Source of the DNA: Myxococcota bacterium
Lineage (GTDB): Bacteria > Myxococcota > XYA12-FULL-58-9 > JALHOP01
Direction of reading: 5' to 3'
DNA: 44,975 nt
NCBI GenBank assembly: GCA_041288095.1
Contig: JBGGMJ010000206.1
Location: 1 to 44,975, forward strand
Below the pieces are notes generated by a model, which saw nothing but the letters and a program-made list of their open reading frames with translations, made no database searches and was not told the origin of the DNA. Within the stretch, counting starts at the first letter, position 1. Each line of letters opens with the position of its first letter. Both the position numbers and the translations under genes were made by a program. This document shows positions 25,366 to 34,888 of the stretch, one piece after another.

Positions 25366-26867
25366 ACACGGAACCGCAGGGCCATCGTCGCGTCGTTAGC
25401 GGCATCAGCGGACTCGACACGTTGCTCGGCGGCGGCTTTTTCGCTGGCGGCGTGTACATCATTCAAGGGCCGCCGGGCGCCGGCAAGACCGTCCTCGGCA
25501 ATCAGCTCTGCTTCAATCACGTGGCCGCTGGGCACCGCGCGCTCTATGTGACGCTGCTCGCCGAGACGCACGCGCGCATGATGCTGAACCTGCGCGCTTT
25601 CAACTTCTTCGACGACAGCAAGGTCCCGAACGCCATCTACTACATGAGCGCGTTCCGCACGCTCGAAGAGGAAGGCTTGCGTGGTCTGCTCGAGCTGCTG
25701 CGCCGCGAGATTCGCGGACGCAACGCCAGCATGTTGCTGCTCGATGGGCTCGTCTCCGCCGAGGAGTCCGCCGAGAGCCCGCGCGACTTCAAGAAGTTCA
25801 TTCACGAGCTGCAGAACCAGGCGACCCTGCTCGGTTGCACCACGTTCCTCCTGACCAGCGGCGGCGTCGGCCGCGGCGTACGTGCCGAGCACACCATGGT
25901 CGATGGCTTGCTCGAGCTCGGCGACGAGCTGCACGTGGTGCGCAGCGAGCGCTTCATGCAGGTCTCCAAGTTCCGCGGTGGCAGCCACTTGCGCGGGCGC
26001 CATGCCTTCGAGGTCAGCGACGACGGCATCACCGTTCATCCGCGTATCGAGGCGCTGCTCGCCGAGCCGACCTACGGCGACAAGGCGCGCGACGAGGATC
26101 TGGGCTCGGGCAGCAAGGGCTTGGACGCCATGTTGCGCGGCGGCATTCCCTCCGGCAGCGCCAGTGTCGTCATCGGTCCGTCTGGTATCGGCAAGACGAC
26201 CTTCGGCCTGCAATTCCTGTCGCAGGTGAGCGCCAAGGAGCCCGGCGTGTTCTTCGGCTTCTACGAGTCGATTGCAGCGGTGCATGCCAAGGCGGAGTCG
26301 ATCGGCATCTCACTCAGCGACAAGGTGAAACGCGGTGAGCTGCACATGGCTTGGACGCCGGCGACCGAGCCCATTCTCGACGCCGTGGGTGCACGTCTCG
26401 TGAATATGGTGAAGCGTGTCGGCGCTCGTCGCGTGTTCATCGATAGCCTGGGCGCCTTCTCGGGGCTGTCGTTCTACCCCGAGCGGGCAGTGCCGTTCTT
26501 CGCCGCGATTACCAACGAGCTACGCGGCATCGGCGCTACTTCCGTTTGGACGTACGAGACGCCGCGCTTGATGGGGCCCGAGATCCCGTCGCCCCTGCAC
26601 GGGATCTCGCCGATGGTCGACAACGCCGTCGTCTTGCGCTTCGTCGAGATCAACTCGCGCCTGCACCGGTTGATCTCCGTGATGAAGAAGCGCAACGGCG
26701 CCTTCGACCCGGCCCTGCGCGAGTTCACCATCGACGAGCGTGGCTTCGTCGTCGGTGACGAGTTCGCGAGTGTCGAAGCCTTGATGACCGGCGCCGCGCG
26801 CCAGGTTGCCGCCCCCCAACGCGCCCGCAAGGGCAAACCGCCAACGCGCAAGAAGAAGAGAGGTTGA
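25362..26867 (+). CDS. KaiC-like (RAD55/RecA-superfamily) double-domain ATPase
   Basis: Two domains: SGISGLDTLLGGG...GPPGAGKT...KFRG and GLDAMLRGG...GPSGIGKT...KKRN; ATG 25362 overlaps the kinase stop. Confidence 0.92.
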   Translation: MNTEPQGHRRVVSGISGLDTLLGGGFFAGGVYIIQGPPGAGKTVLGNQLCFNHVAAGHRALYVTLLAETHARMMLNLRAFNFFDDSKVPNAIYYMSAFRTLEEEGLRGLLELLRREIRGRNASMLLLDGLVSAEESAESPRDFKKFIHELQNQATLLGCTTFLLTSGGVGRGVRAEHTMVDGLLELGDELHVVRSERFMQVSKFRGGSHLRGRHAFEVSDDGITVHPRIEALLAEPTYGDKARDEDLGSGSKGLDAMLRGGIPSGSASVVIGPSGIGKTTFGLQFLSQVSAKEPGVFFGFYESIAAVHAKAESIGISLSDKVKRGELHMAWTPATEPILDAVGARLVNMVKRVGARRVFIDSLGAFSGLSFYPERAVPFFAAITNELRGIGATSVWTYETPRLMGPEIPSPLHGISPMVDNAVVLRFVEINSRLHRLISVMKKRNGAFDPALREFTIDERGFVVGDEFASVEALMTGAARQVAAPQRARKGKPPTRKKKRG

Positions 26868-27235
26868 TGAAGACCATTCTCGTTGTCGACGACGAATTCG
26901 GCTTTGCCGAAGCGCTCGGCTCGATTTTGAGCGACGACGGGTTTCGTGTGTTCATCGCGGTGAACGGGCGCCAGGCGTTGGAGCGCATTCCCGAGGTGCG
27001 CCCGCACTTGGTGATCCTCGACTTCATGATGCCGGTGCTCTCCGGGCCGGCGACCTTGGACGCGCTCCGGGGCGATCCGCTGACCGAGAAGCTCCCGGTC
27101 ATCATGGTGAGCGCCGTCGAGGAAGAGGCGGTTCGTGAATACACCGACCGCTACGATTTGTTCTTGCGTAAACCCTTCGGTGTCGGCGAGCTGATGAAGG
27201 CAGTTCACTCGCTCATCGGAGACGACGGATCTTGA
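26867..27235 (+). CDS. Single-domain response regulator (REC)
   Basis: ILVVDDE, ILDFMMPVLSG, RKPF; TGATG overlap with the KaiC-like gene. Confidence 0.93.
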   Translation: MKTILVVDDEFGFAEALGSILSDDGFRVFIAVNGRQALERIPEVRPHLVILDFMMPVLSGPATLDALRGDPLTEKLPVIMVSAVEEEAVREYTDRYDLFLRKPFGVGELMKAVHSLIGDDGS

Positions 27236-29136
27236 TCAACCGACTCGGCGTCGGCCTGGTGCTGGTCGCGCTGACATCGTGTGGACGCTCCCCGCTACCC
27301 GCGCCGGAGTTTCCGACGGTTCCGCCGGCGCTTGCCGAGAGCGCCCGCTATGGCGTTGTCACCCTGCGTGAAGCGTCGATCACGATGAAGGGCGCCGGCT
27401 CCGACGGCACCGTGCCGTCTCTGCGCATGAGCAACCTCACGCGCATCCTGGTGACCGGTGAGCTCCAGCCGCGGATGCACCGGCGCACGATCGTGCCGAC
27501 GGACGGGTGCTTCGTCACCAAGGCGAGGGCGCGTCTTGCGAGCAAGGGAAAGCGCAGCGTCGACGTCGACGGGCTTGCCGGCGCGCCGCCGTTGCCCGCC
27601 GACCCGGCGCAGCTGCCGAGCTGGGGCGGAGCGAGGCCGGTCGTCGAGCTCGAGCTGCCGACGCCGGCGGTCGGTGATCTGCTCGATTTCTTCGTCGAGC
27701 ACACCTGCATCCGTGGTTTCGCCATGGTGCCGCCGGTGGTCTTCGGCGCCGCCATGCCGACCCTCGACAGCAAGATGAGCATTCGCGCCGACGCTGCTTT
27801 TCAGGTCAGGGTCGTCGTCTCGAAAGGCGGCGAGCAGATCGTCGCCTTGCCCCCGCTGCCGCAGAAATCCGAGCAGACGTGGACGCTACGCCAGCGTGAC
27901 CTGCCGGCATACCACGATGATGAGTTCTCCATCGACGCGCAGCATCTCGGGCCCTGGGCTCAGGTCGTGATCGGCTCGGTACGCGGGCAGGGCGGCGAGA
28001 AGAGCTACGCTGACGGTTGGAGCTCGGTCGCCGCGTACGTGCGGGAGGCCGCCGAGCCCGCGTCACCGGCCGGTACGCCGGACGGCGAGCTCAAGGGGTC
28101 GGCGACGGCACGCATGCGCAAGCTCCGCGACCGTATGGCGCCGAAAGTCGCGCGCGCGCCATTCGCGCCGGCGCGGCGCTACTCCGAGATCCCACCGACC
28201 GGCGCCACCCCGTTCGAAGCGGCCGCGGCCATCGTGCTCGCGACCAAGGATGCGCCGGACCGCGGCCACCTCGCCTTGGCGACGCTCGCCGACGGGCCGC
28301 TCTTGGTCGATAGCGTGCCGAGCCTCTATCCGTTCCGCGCCGTCCTGGTGGCGACGCGTGCGAACGGCGGCTGGCAGTTCGACGATCCGACGTGTCTCAA
28401 CTGTCCGCCCGGCCACTTGCCGAGCGATCTCGCCGGCGGCAGGGCGCTCGTGGTCACCGACGAGGGCTACGAGATCACCGAAGTGCCGTTCGGCGCCACC
28501 GAGACCTCGCGGGCGCGCATGCAACTCGCTTGGACGCTCACCGGCGACGATCTGACTGGGTCGGTCTTGGCTGACTTCGAGGGTAGCGGCGCGCGCAAGC
28601 TCGCGAGGCTCATGGAGACCGCGACCGTGCAAGCGAGCCCCGATTCGCTCGCGCAAGTGCGGGGAGCGTTGTTCGGGGGCTCGAGCGGTCTCGAGCTGCT
28701 GAGCGTCGGCGAATCGTCGAACGCGAACGCGCGGCCTTACGAGATGCGATTTCAGGTTGCCGCTAAAACGGACACGGCGAACGGCATATTGCGTTTGCCG
28801 GTCTACCGCGTCGCCGGCCCTTGGGTGCCGTGGATTACGCCCGTCTCCGAGCCACGCGACGTCGTCTTACCCGGTCCATTGCGCGCCGAGACCACGGTAA
28901 CCATTCAGATGCCCAAGTCGTACAACATGGCGCGGATCGGCGACATCAGCGTGCGCAAGACGGTGGGGGAGTATCAGCTCCACGTCGAGCATCGCGACGA
29001 CGTCGTCACCATCACGCGCCGCATCGGCCTGTTCACGCGTCATGTGCCCAAGGAACGCTTCGGCGAGCTTCGTGAGCTCGTGCTCGCCGCGGCGGATGCG
29101 GATGCCCAAGTCATCGAGCTCAATGTCGGCAGGTGA
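27232..29136 (+). CDS. Lipoprotein, DUF3857/transglutaminase-like/DUF3858-type architecture (degenerate)
   Basis: Lipobox LTSC; LPTPAVGDLL; WQFDDPT; C-terminal ITRRI...VPKERFGELRE. Confidence 0.6.
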   Translation: MINRLGVGLVLVALTSCGRSPLPAPEFPTVPPALAESARYGVVTLREASITMKGAGSDGTVPSLRMSNLTRILVTGELQPRMHRRTIVPTDGCFVTKARARLASKGKRSVDVDGLAGAPPLPADPAQLPSWGGARPVVELELPTPAVGDLLDFFVEHTCIRGFAMVPPVVFGAAMPTLDSKMSIRADAAFQVRVVVSKGGEQIVALPPLPQKSEQTWTLRQRDLPAYHDDEFSIDAQHLGPWAQVVIGSVRGQGGEKSYADGWSSVAAYVREAAEPASPAGTPDGELKGSATARMRKLRDRMAPKVARAPFAPARRYSEIPPTGATPFEAAAAIVLATKDAPDRGHLALATLADGPLLVDSVPSLYPFRAVLVATRANGGWQFDDPTCLNCPPGHLPSDLAGGRALVVTDEGYEITEVPFGATETSRARMQLAWTLTGDDLTGSVLADFEGSGARKLARLMETATVQASPDSLAQVRGALFGGSSGLELLSVGESSNANARPYEMRFQVAAKTDTANGILRLPVYRVAGPWVPWITPVSEPRDVVLPGPLRAETTVTIQMPKSYNMARIGDISVRKTVGEYQLHVEHRDDVVTITRRIGLFTRHVPKERFGELRELVLAAADADAQVIELNVGR

Positions 29137-29140
29137 GGTC

Positions 29141-29995
29141 ATGGCCAAGATCATCGATGGGAAGGCGCTGGCGCAGCGCGTGCGTGAAGGGCTCAAGGCC
29201 GACATAGCCAAGGTCCTCGAGGCGCGCGGCCGCCCACCAGGGCTTGCGGTCGTCCTGGTTGGCGACGATCCCGCGTCAGCGGTCTACGTCCGCAACAAGG
29301 AGACGGCGGCGAACGGCATCGGCATGTTCTCGGAGGTCATCCGCCGCCCGGCCAACACGACGCAGCGCGAGCTCATGGACATCATCGGCCGGCTCAACGA
29401 ACGCGCCGACGTCGACGGGTATCTCGTGCAGTTGCCCTTGCCCAAGGGCCTGGACGTCGCCGCGGTGACCAATGCCATCGATGCCGACAAAGACGCGGAC
29501 GGGCTCCATCCGTTGAACCTCGGCCGCTTGGTGACCGGCGAGCCCGGTCCCCGCCCGTGCACGGCCGCCGGCTGCTTGGCCCTCATCGACGAGGCCGGGT
29601 TGAAGCTCGAAGGCAAACACGCCGTCGTCATCGGTCGCAGCACCATCGTTGGTAAGCCGACCGCGCTGATGTTGCTCGAGCGCAACGCCACCGTCACGTT
29701 GTGCCATTCGCGTACCCACGATCTCGCCGGCGAGGTGCGTCGGGCCGACGTCGTCATCGCGGCTGTCGGTAAGCCCGGTCTGGTGCGCGGCGACTGGGTA
29801 AAGCCGGGTGCCGTGGTCATCGATGTCGGTACGACCCGCGACGAAGCCGGTAAGCTCCGCGGCGACGTCGACTTCGATTCCGCTTCGGCCGTCGCCTCGG
29901 CGATCACCCCGGTGCCGGGCGGGGTCGGTCCCATGACCATCGCCATGCTGCTCACCAACGCGGTACACGCAGCGGTTCGTCGCGCGCGCGGTTGA
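29141..29995 (+). CDS. folD: Methylene-THF dehydrogenase/cyclohydrolase
   Basis: IIDGK, YVRNK, LVQLPLP, KDADG, GRSTIVGKP, TPVPGGVGPMTIAML. Confidence 0.97.
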   Translation: MAKIIDGKALAQRVREGLKADIAKVLEARGRPPGLAVVLVGDDPASAVYVRNKETAANGIGMFSEVIRRPANTTQRELMDIIGRLNERADVDGYLVQLPLPKGLDVAAVTNAIDADKDADGLHPLNLGRLVTGEPGPRPCTAAGCLALIDEAGLKLEGKHAVVIGRSTIVGKPTALMLLERNATVTLCHSRTHDLAGEVRRADVVIAAVGKPGLVRGDWVKPGAVVIDVGTTRDEAGKLRGDVDFDSASAVASAITPVPGGVGPMTIAMLLTNAVHAAVRRARG

Positions 29996-30028
29996 CCAAG
30001 ACCACATTGCTTGAGGATAAGCCACGCC

Positions 30029-31129
30029 GTGAGCGAACTTCGACGTACGCCGTTCCATGCCATGCAAGCCGCCCTCGGGGCGCGCCTCGTGCCGTTCGCC
30101 GGCTACGAGATGCCGGTCCAGTTCGTAGGCCTCATGGCCGAGCACCACGCCGTGCGCACCGCCTGCGGTGTCTTCGACGTCTCGCACATGGGCGAGGTGA
30201 TCGTCGAAGGCGCGGAAGCCTTGGCCGGGTTGCAGTGGCTGGTGACGAACGACGTGAGCAAGCTCGTCGACGGCAAGGCCCTCTACACGGTCATGTGCGT
30301 TGCAAGCGGCGGCATCGTCGACGACCTCATCATCTACCGCGAGAGCGCCAGCCGCTACTTCATCTGCGTCAATGCCAGCCGCCGTCATGACGATGTGGCT
30401 CACATGAAGCGCGAGCTCGGCCGCTTTGCCTGCACCGTCACCGACGTCTCGGACGAATGGGGTCAGCTCGCCATCCAGGGGCCGAACGCCGACGACGTCA
30501 TCGCGTCGATGACCACCGCCGAGGTACGCGACATGGCGCCGTTCACGTGGCTCGATGCCACCGTCGGCGGCGCTCCCGTGCGCATCGCCCGGACCGGCTA
30601 CACCGGCGAGCCGGGCTTCGAGGTCTATGTTCGCCCGCGGGACGCCGAGAGCTTCTGGAACGCGCTGATGAAGGCCGGCGAGCCGCATGGTCTCGCGCCT
30701 TGCGGGTTGGGCGCGCGCGATACGCTGCGCCTCGAGATGAAATACGCGCTCTACGGCAACGACATCGACCTCGAGCACTCACCCCTCGAGGCGGGGCTTG
30801 GCTGGGTCGTGAAGCTCGACAAGGGCGACTTCCAGGGCCGCGCCGCGCTCGTCCGCCAAAAAGAACAAGGTGTAGCGCGCAAGCTCGTCGGCTTCACCAT
30901 GCGCGACCGCGGCATCCCGCGTCAGGGCTATATCATCCGCCATGACGGAAAAGACGTCGGCGTGGTGACCAGCGGTACCCACAGCCCATCCCTGAACGAG
31001 CCTATCGGCGTCGGCTACGTGCCCGCCGAGCTCGCGACGATCGGCAGCACGTTCGACGTCGTCATTCGCGACCGCGCGGTTCCCGCGGTGGTGGCGAAGA
31101 CGCCTTTTTATAGAAGAGACGAGCGATGA
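30029..31129 (+). CDS. gcvT: Glycine cleavage system aminomethyltransferase T
   Basis: FDVSHMG, IARTGYTGEPGFE, GLGARDTLRLE; GTG start 30029. Confidence 0.97.
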   Translation: MSELRRTPFHAMQAALGARLVPFAGYEMPVQFVGLMAEHHAVRTACGVFDVSHMGEVIVEGAEALAGLQWLVTNDVSKLVDGKALYTVMCVASGGIVDDLIIYRESASRYFICVNASRRHDDVAHMKRELGRFACTVTDVSDEWGQLAIQGPNADDVIASMTTAEVRDMAPFTWLDATVGGAPVRIARTGYTGEPGFEVYVRPRDAESFWNALMKAGEPHGLAPCGLGARDTLRLEMKYALYGNDIDLEHSPLEAGLGWVVKLDKGDFQGRAALVRQKEQGVARKLVGFTMRDRGIPRQGYIIRHDGKDVGVVTSGTHSPSLNEPIGVGYVPAELATIGSTFDVVIRDRAVPAVVAKTPFYRRDER

Positions 31130-31503
31130 GCCTTCCCAAGGAACTCAAGTACACCAAGGACCACGAGTGGCTGAAGCTGGCAGGCGACGTCGGCACCATC
31201 GGCATCACCAAGTACGCTGGTGAGCAGCTCGGTGACGTGGTCTTCGTCGAGCTGCCCAAGGTCGGCACCAAGGTGAAGGCGGGTGCGACGTTCGGCACCG
31301 TCGAGTCCGTCAAAGCGGTCAGCGATCTGTTCGCGCCGGTCACCGGCGAGGTGGTCGAGGTGAACGAGGCGCTGACCAAGGCGCCCGAGATCGTGAACTC
31401 CGACCCCTACGGCGCGGGCTGGATGGTGAAGCTCAAGCTCGCCTCGGCGGCCGACGCCGATGGTTTGCTTTCGGCGGACGCTTACCAAGCGCTCGTTGGT
31501 TGA
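31126..31503 (+). CDS. gcvH: Glycine cleavage system H protein
   Basis: YTKDHEW, VESVKA lipoyl motif, NSDPYGAGW. Confidence 0.97.
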   Translation: MSLPKELKYTKDHEWLKLAGDVGTIGITKYAGEQLGDVVFVELPKVGTKVKAGATFGTVESVKAVSDLFAPVTGEVVEVNEALTKAPEIVNSDPYGAGWMVKLKLASAADADGLLSADAYQALVG

Positions 31504-31509
31504 TCGAGC

Positions 31510-31764
31510 ATGGGTGACGGAGACAAAGCGGCACGCCGCGAAGCGAAGGAGCTCTGGGACGCCTCACGCGCGGCTTTCTCCGCTGGTAATTACCGTGAGG
31601 TGCGGCGGCTCGACCGCATCGCCGCCCAGCGCGCGCCGGGCAGCGATGTCGCCGCCGACGCCAATCGGGAGCTCGAAGGCCTGGGTCACGACCGCAACGT
31701 GTTCTACATCGCGGGTGCGGTGACGCTGATGTACGTGCTCGCCTGGATCTACGCGCTATCCTAG
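31510..31764 (+). CDS. Small hypothetical protein with a C-terminal transmembrane helix
   Basis: Fills the gap in the operon; hydrophobic C-terminus VFYIAGAVTLMYVLAWIYAL. Confidence 0.7.
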   Translation: MGDGDKAARREAKELWDASRAAFSAGNYREVRRLDRIAAQRAPGSDVAADANRELEGLGHDRNVFYIAGAVTLMYVLAWIYALS

Positions 31765-32382
31765 ATGGCCATGGCCCAGTTCGAAGTCCTCATCCCGCGT
31801 TCAGAGGCCACCGCCGACATCACGCTGGTGGTCGATGTCCGCCAAGACGGCATCGCGGTCAGCGACGCGAATACGGGGCGTGCTTTCACCGTGCGCGAGC
31901 GCAAAGCCAAGGCAGCAGCGCCGCCGCCGCCGCCGGTCCCGGCCAAGCCCGACGTCATGAGCGAGCTGTTTCACGAGGCGGGACGCATCTACGACCACAA
32001 GTCCGCTAAAGCGGCTGCCGAGCTCGTCCTCGACCTGGCGATGAAGGCCATCCAGGCCGAATCCGGCGCGGTCTACATCTCGAACATCAACCGCCAGGAT
32101 CTGCACGTCCTCGCGGCGCGGGGCGCGGCGGCGCCGTCGCTCGCCGCCTCCCTGGTCGCGATGGGCAAGGGCACCGTGGGGCTCGCGGCGCAGGAGGGCG
32201 TTGCCATCGCCCGTGGCAATGGCGAGGCGTGCTCACCCGTGCAGCACGACGGCCGCGTCTACGGCGTCATTCAGCTCCTGAACAAGAAGGACGCCTTCAA
32301 GGCCGAGGACATGGGAGCGCTCGATTACCTCGCCGGGCAGCTCGCGGAGTATCTGTTCAACACGGGCCAAACGGACGCCTAG
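31765..32382 (+). CDS. Stand-alone GAF-domain protein
   Basis: GKGTVGLAA...CSPVQHDGRVYGVIQLLNK...F...D; Pro-rich linker. Confidence 0.8.
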   Translation: MAMAQFEVLIPRSEATADITLVVDVRQDGIAVSDANTGRAFTVRERKAKAAAPPPPPVPAKPDVMSELFHEAGRIYDHKSAKAAAELVLDLAMKAIQAESGAVYISNINRQDLHVLAARGAAAPSLAASLVAMGKGTVGLAAQEGVAIARGNGEACSPVQHDGRVYGVIQLLNKKDAFKAEDMGALDYLAGQLAEYLFNTGQTDA

Positions 32383-32392
32383 GACGTAGTCT

Positions 32393-32944
32393 ATGGGTAT
32401 GCGCTGGCTCCTCCTGATAGTGGCGTTGACGGTCGGCACGGCGCGCAGCGCTTACGCCGACGACGTGTTGTTTTACTGGGTGGACAAGAAAGGCACCGTC
32501 CACGCCACGCAGAACATCGACGAGGTCCCCGAGCCCTACAACGCGATGTACCGCGCTCGCTTGAAGGAGCTCGAGGAAGAGAAGAAGAAGCAGAAGCCGA
32601 CCGTGGCGCCCGCCGTCGTGCAACCCGCGCCCCAACCACCGCCGCAGCCCTCCATCACAGACAGGGAGCTCGCCCGCCAAAGAGCCTGGCGCGCCGACAT
32701 CGCCAAGTGGCGCACCGAGCTACGCGTCGCCACGGAAGAGTTGAACCGCATTCAGACGGAGCTCGATCAAGCCGCGGTGAATCCGATCTTGCGGACGACA
32801 CCACAGGCGCAAGCGCGGATCGGTCCGCTGGAAGAGCAGCGTGAAAAAGCGCTCAAGCGCGTCGAGATCGCGCGCAAGACGCTCGCCGAGGATCTGCCGG
32901 CGCGGGCAAAGCGCGAGAGCGTGCCGCCGCGATGGTTCGACTAA
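32393..32944 (+). CDS. Secreted DUF4124-like coiled-coil protein
   Basis: Signal peptide; FYWVDKKGTVH...VPEPY; Pro-rich linker; coiled coil. Confidence 0.8.
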   Translation: MGMRWLLLIVALTVGTARSAYADDVLFYWVDKKGTVHATQNIDEVPEPYNAMYRARLKELEEEKKKQKPTVAPAVVQPAPQPPPQPSITDRELARQRAWRADIAKWRTELRVATEELNRIQTELDQAAVNPILRTTPQAQARIGPLEEQREKALKRVEIARKTLAEDLPARAKRESVPPRWFD

Positions 32945-32950
32945 CCGTCG

Positions 32951-34054
32951 TCAACGGAGCCCCTCGTCGATGACCGCCCGGTCCCGCTCTTCGCTGTCAT
33001 AGGCGTTGGCGAGCTCGACGGCGCGGCGAACGAGTGGGCTCTTGGCGCTGGGCCTGGCGTTGCGCATGACGCCCGCGGCGTCGCGTTGCCGCGCGGCGAG
33101 CACCGCGAAACCGGGAGCGTGCCCGAGGGCGATGGCGACCTCCATCTCTCCTTCCGTGCCGTAGACCAGATAGCCGAGCCGATCGGCGGCTGACAGCGCC
33201 CGCTTCGTGAGCCTGTCGGCGGGCTCGATCCGCGATGGCGGACCCGATGGACGCGCGCCGCCGTACACCACGAAGACGAGCCCTTCAGCCGAGCTCGCTG
33301 GTAGACCGGCCATCTCCTTGAGGCGCGCGATGCCCTCGCTGTCGAGGGTGCGGCGCTCGGGCACGTAGGCGACGGCGGCGGGAAACAAGTCGCGCACGCG
33401 GATGAACTGTCCGCGGACGTAGGCCAAGAGATCGTTCCGATCGAGCTCGCGCAAGGCGGCGGCGTTCGGTGCCACCAGCGCCAGCAGCTCCGCGTCGGCG
33501 AGCCCCTCCGCGATCTCGGACGACAAGCGCTGCGGCGTCTTGGCGCAGTCGCGCGCGCACAGGAGCTTCCCGTGCGTCACGTCACCCACGGCGGGTGGCG
33601 GCAGCAGGGCAGGTAACGCGTCGGGGACGATGCCTTCGAGCATTGGCCACACGCCGACCGAAACCAAGACGGCGTGATCGATAGTGATGCCGTCCGGCGC
33701 CTTGCCGACGAGGTGGGCGCTGTAGATGCCGTCACGCGGCACCGTGAAGCTCACCGCGAACTTGCCGTCGTCACCGTCGCGCGACCCGAGGCGCGCATCG
33801 ATGACGGCGCCTTTGGGATCGGTGAGATACACAGAGAGCTCGGCGCCGGCGAGCAGGCGACGCTTGCCGAAGCTCGGGTCGGGGGTCTTGCGCAGCTCCT
33901 CGAGGGTGATGGCGAGCTCGAACGTGTGCTTGGGCTTGGCGACGCCGGGTGTCTGGACCACGGTGTAGCCGACGCGCCCCCCGTCATAGCGCCGCACTTC
34001 ACGGCTCGGCGGGCCGGAGGCCGCGATGACCAACGCGGCCGCGAGGAGGATCAC
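32951..34054 (-). CDS. Exported multidomain hypothetical protein (Ig/YtkA-like domain + cytochrome-c-like remnant)
   Basis: Signal-like N-terminus; FTVPRDGIYSAHL; GDVTHGKLLCARDCA...DLLAYVRG; GTGA overlap with the DsbA-like gene. Confidence 0.65.
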   Translation of the reverse strand: MILLAAALVIAASGPPSREVRRYDGGRVGYTVVQTPGVAKPKHTFELAITLEELRKTPDPSFGKRRLLAGAELSVYLTDPKGAVIDARLGSRDGDDGKFAVSFTVPRDGIYSAHLVGKAPDGITIDHAVLVSVGVWPMLEGIVPDALPALLPPPAVGDVTHGKLLCARDCAKTPQRLSSEIAEGLADAELLALVAPNAAALRELDRNDLLAYVRGQFIRVRDLFPAAVAYVPERRTLDSEGIARLKEMAGLPASSAEGLVFVVYGGARPSGPPSRIEPADRLTKRALSAADRLGYLVYGTEGEMEVAIALGHAPGFAVLAARQRDAAGVMRNARPSAKSPLVRRAVELANAYDSEERDRAVIDEGLR

Positions 34055-34866
34055 TGACAAACGCCGCTATTGCGGTCGAGCTCCATCTCGAAGCGGTCGG
34101 CGAAGGTGTAGAGCTCGGGATCGGGCTGCAGCTCGCGACCATTGACGTAGAAGGTCGGCGTCGCTTCGACGCCCAGCGTGACGGCCGCTTGCTTGAGCGC
34201 CGCAACACGATCGCGGACAGCCGGTGAAGCGAGGTCGGCGGTGAAGCGCTTGACGTCCAAGCCAAGCTTGCCAGCGATGGTGCCGAGGAGGGGCAGCTCG
34301 AACTCGGTCGAGGGAGAGCCGAACAACGCCTCGTGCATCTGCCAGAGCTTGTTCTGATTGCCGGCGGCGAGCAGCGCGGCGGCGGCGTTCACCGATTGCG
34401 CGTTGTTTTGCAATGGATAGGGCACGAAGACGAAGCGCACCTTCTTGCCGTAGCGGCGGAGCGCCTCCTCGATGCGCGGCGCGGCCTCGCGGCAATGCGG
34501 ACAGCGAAAGTCGGCGAACTCGACGATGGTGAGCGGCGCGTCCTTCGGACCGCGTTGTGGTGCATCGTCGACCTTGAGAGCCTTGGGCTTGCCGCAGAAC
34601 GGTCCGCTGACGCGGCTGCTCATGAAGGTGCTGATCTCGTCGACCGACAGGCCTGTTTGAGCGACGCGCGCGAGGATGGTCGACAGATGCTCGGCGGTCT
34701 TGCACTTGGGCTTGTTGTCGTTGCACGCGGCGAGCGTGAGCGAGCTGGTGCAGGAGCAGAACTCGTCGGCGGCGACGCGGGCGTAGACCTCGCGTTGCTT
34801 GGCGCTGAGGGCCGACAGGTCGGGCATCGCGACCGTCAAAGCAAGATAGAACAACGGCGAAACCAT
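34051..34866 (-). CDS. DsbA/thioredoxin_4-family protein with an N-terminal Cys-rich domain
   Basis: EFADFRCPHC, GVEATPTFYVNG; N-terminal CSC...LAAC...C. Confidence 0.9.
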   Translation of the reverse strand: MVSPLFYLALTVAMPDLSALSAKQREVYARVAADEFCSCTSSLTLAACNDNKPKCKTAEHLSTILARVAQTGLSVDEISTFMSSRVSGPFCGKPKALKVDDAPQRGPKDAPLTIVEFADFRCPHCREAAPRIEEALRRYGKKVRFVFVPYPLQNNAQSVNAAAALLAAGNQNKLWQMHEALFGSPSTEFELPLLGTIAGKLGLDVKRFTADLASPAVRDRVAALKQAAVTLGVEATPTFYVNGRELQPDPELYTFADRFEMELDRNSGVCQ

Positions 34867-34888
34867 GGCGGCGCTCTACGCCACCGCG

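Noticed and set aside
25362..26867. Bona fide circadian clock kaiC
   Set aside because: No kaiA or kaiB nearby; EE and ST motifs not conserved; context is two-component signalling.
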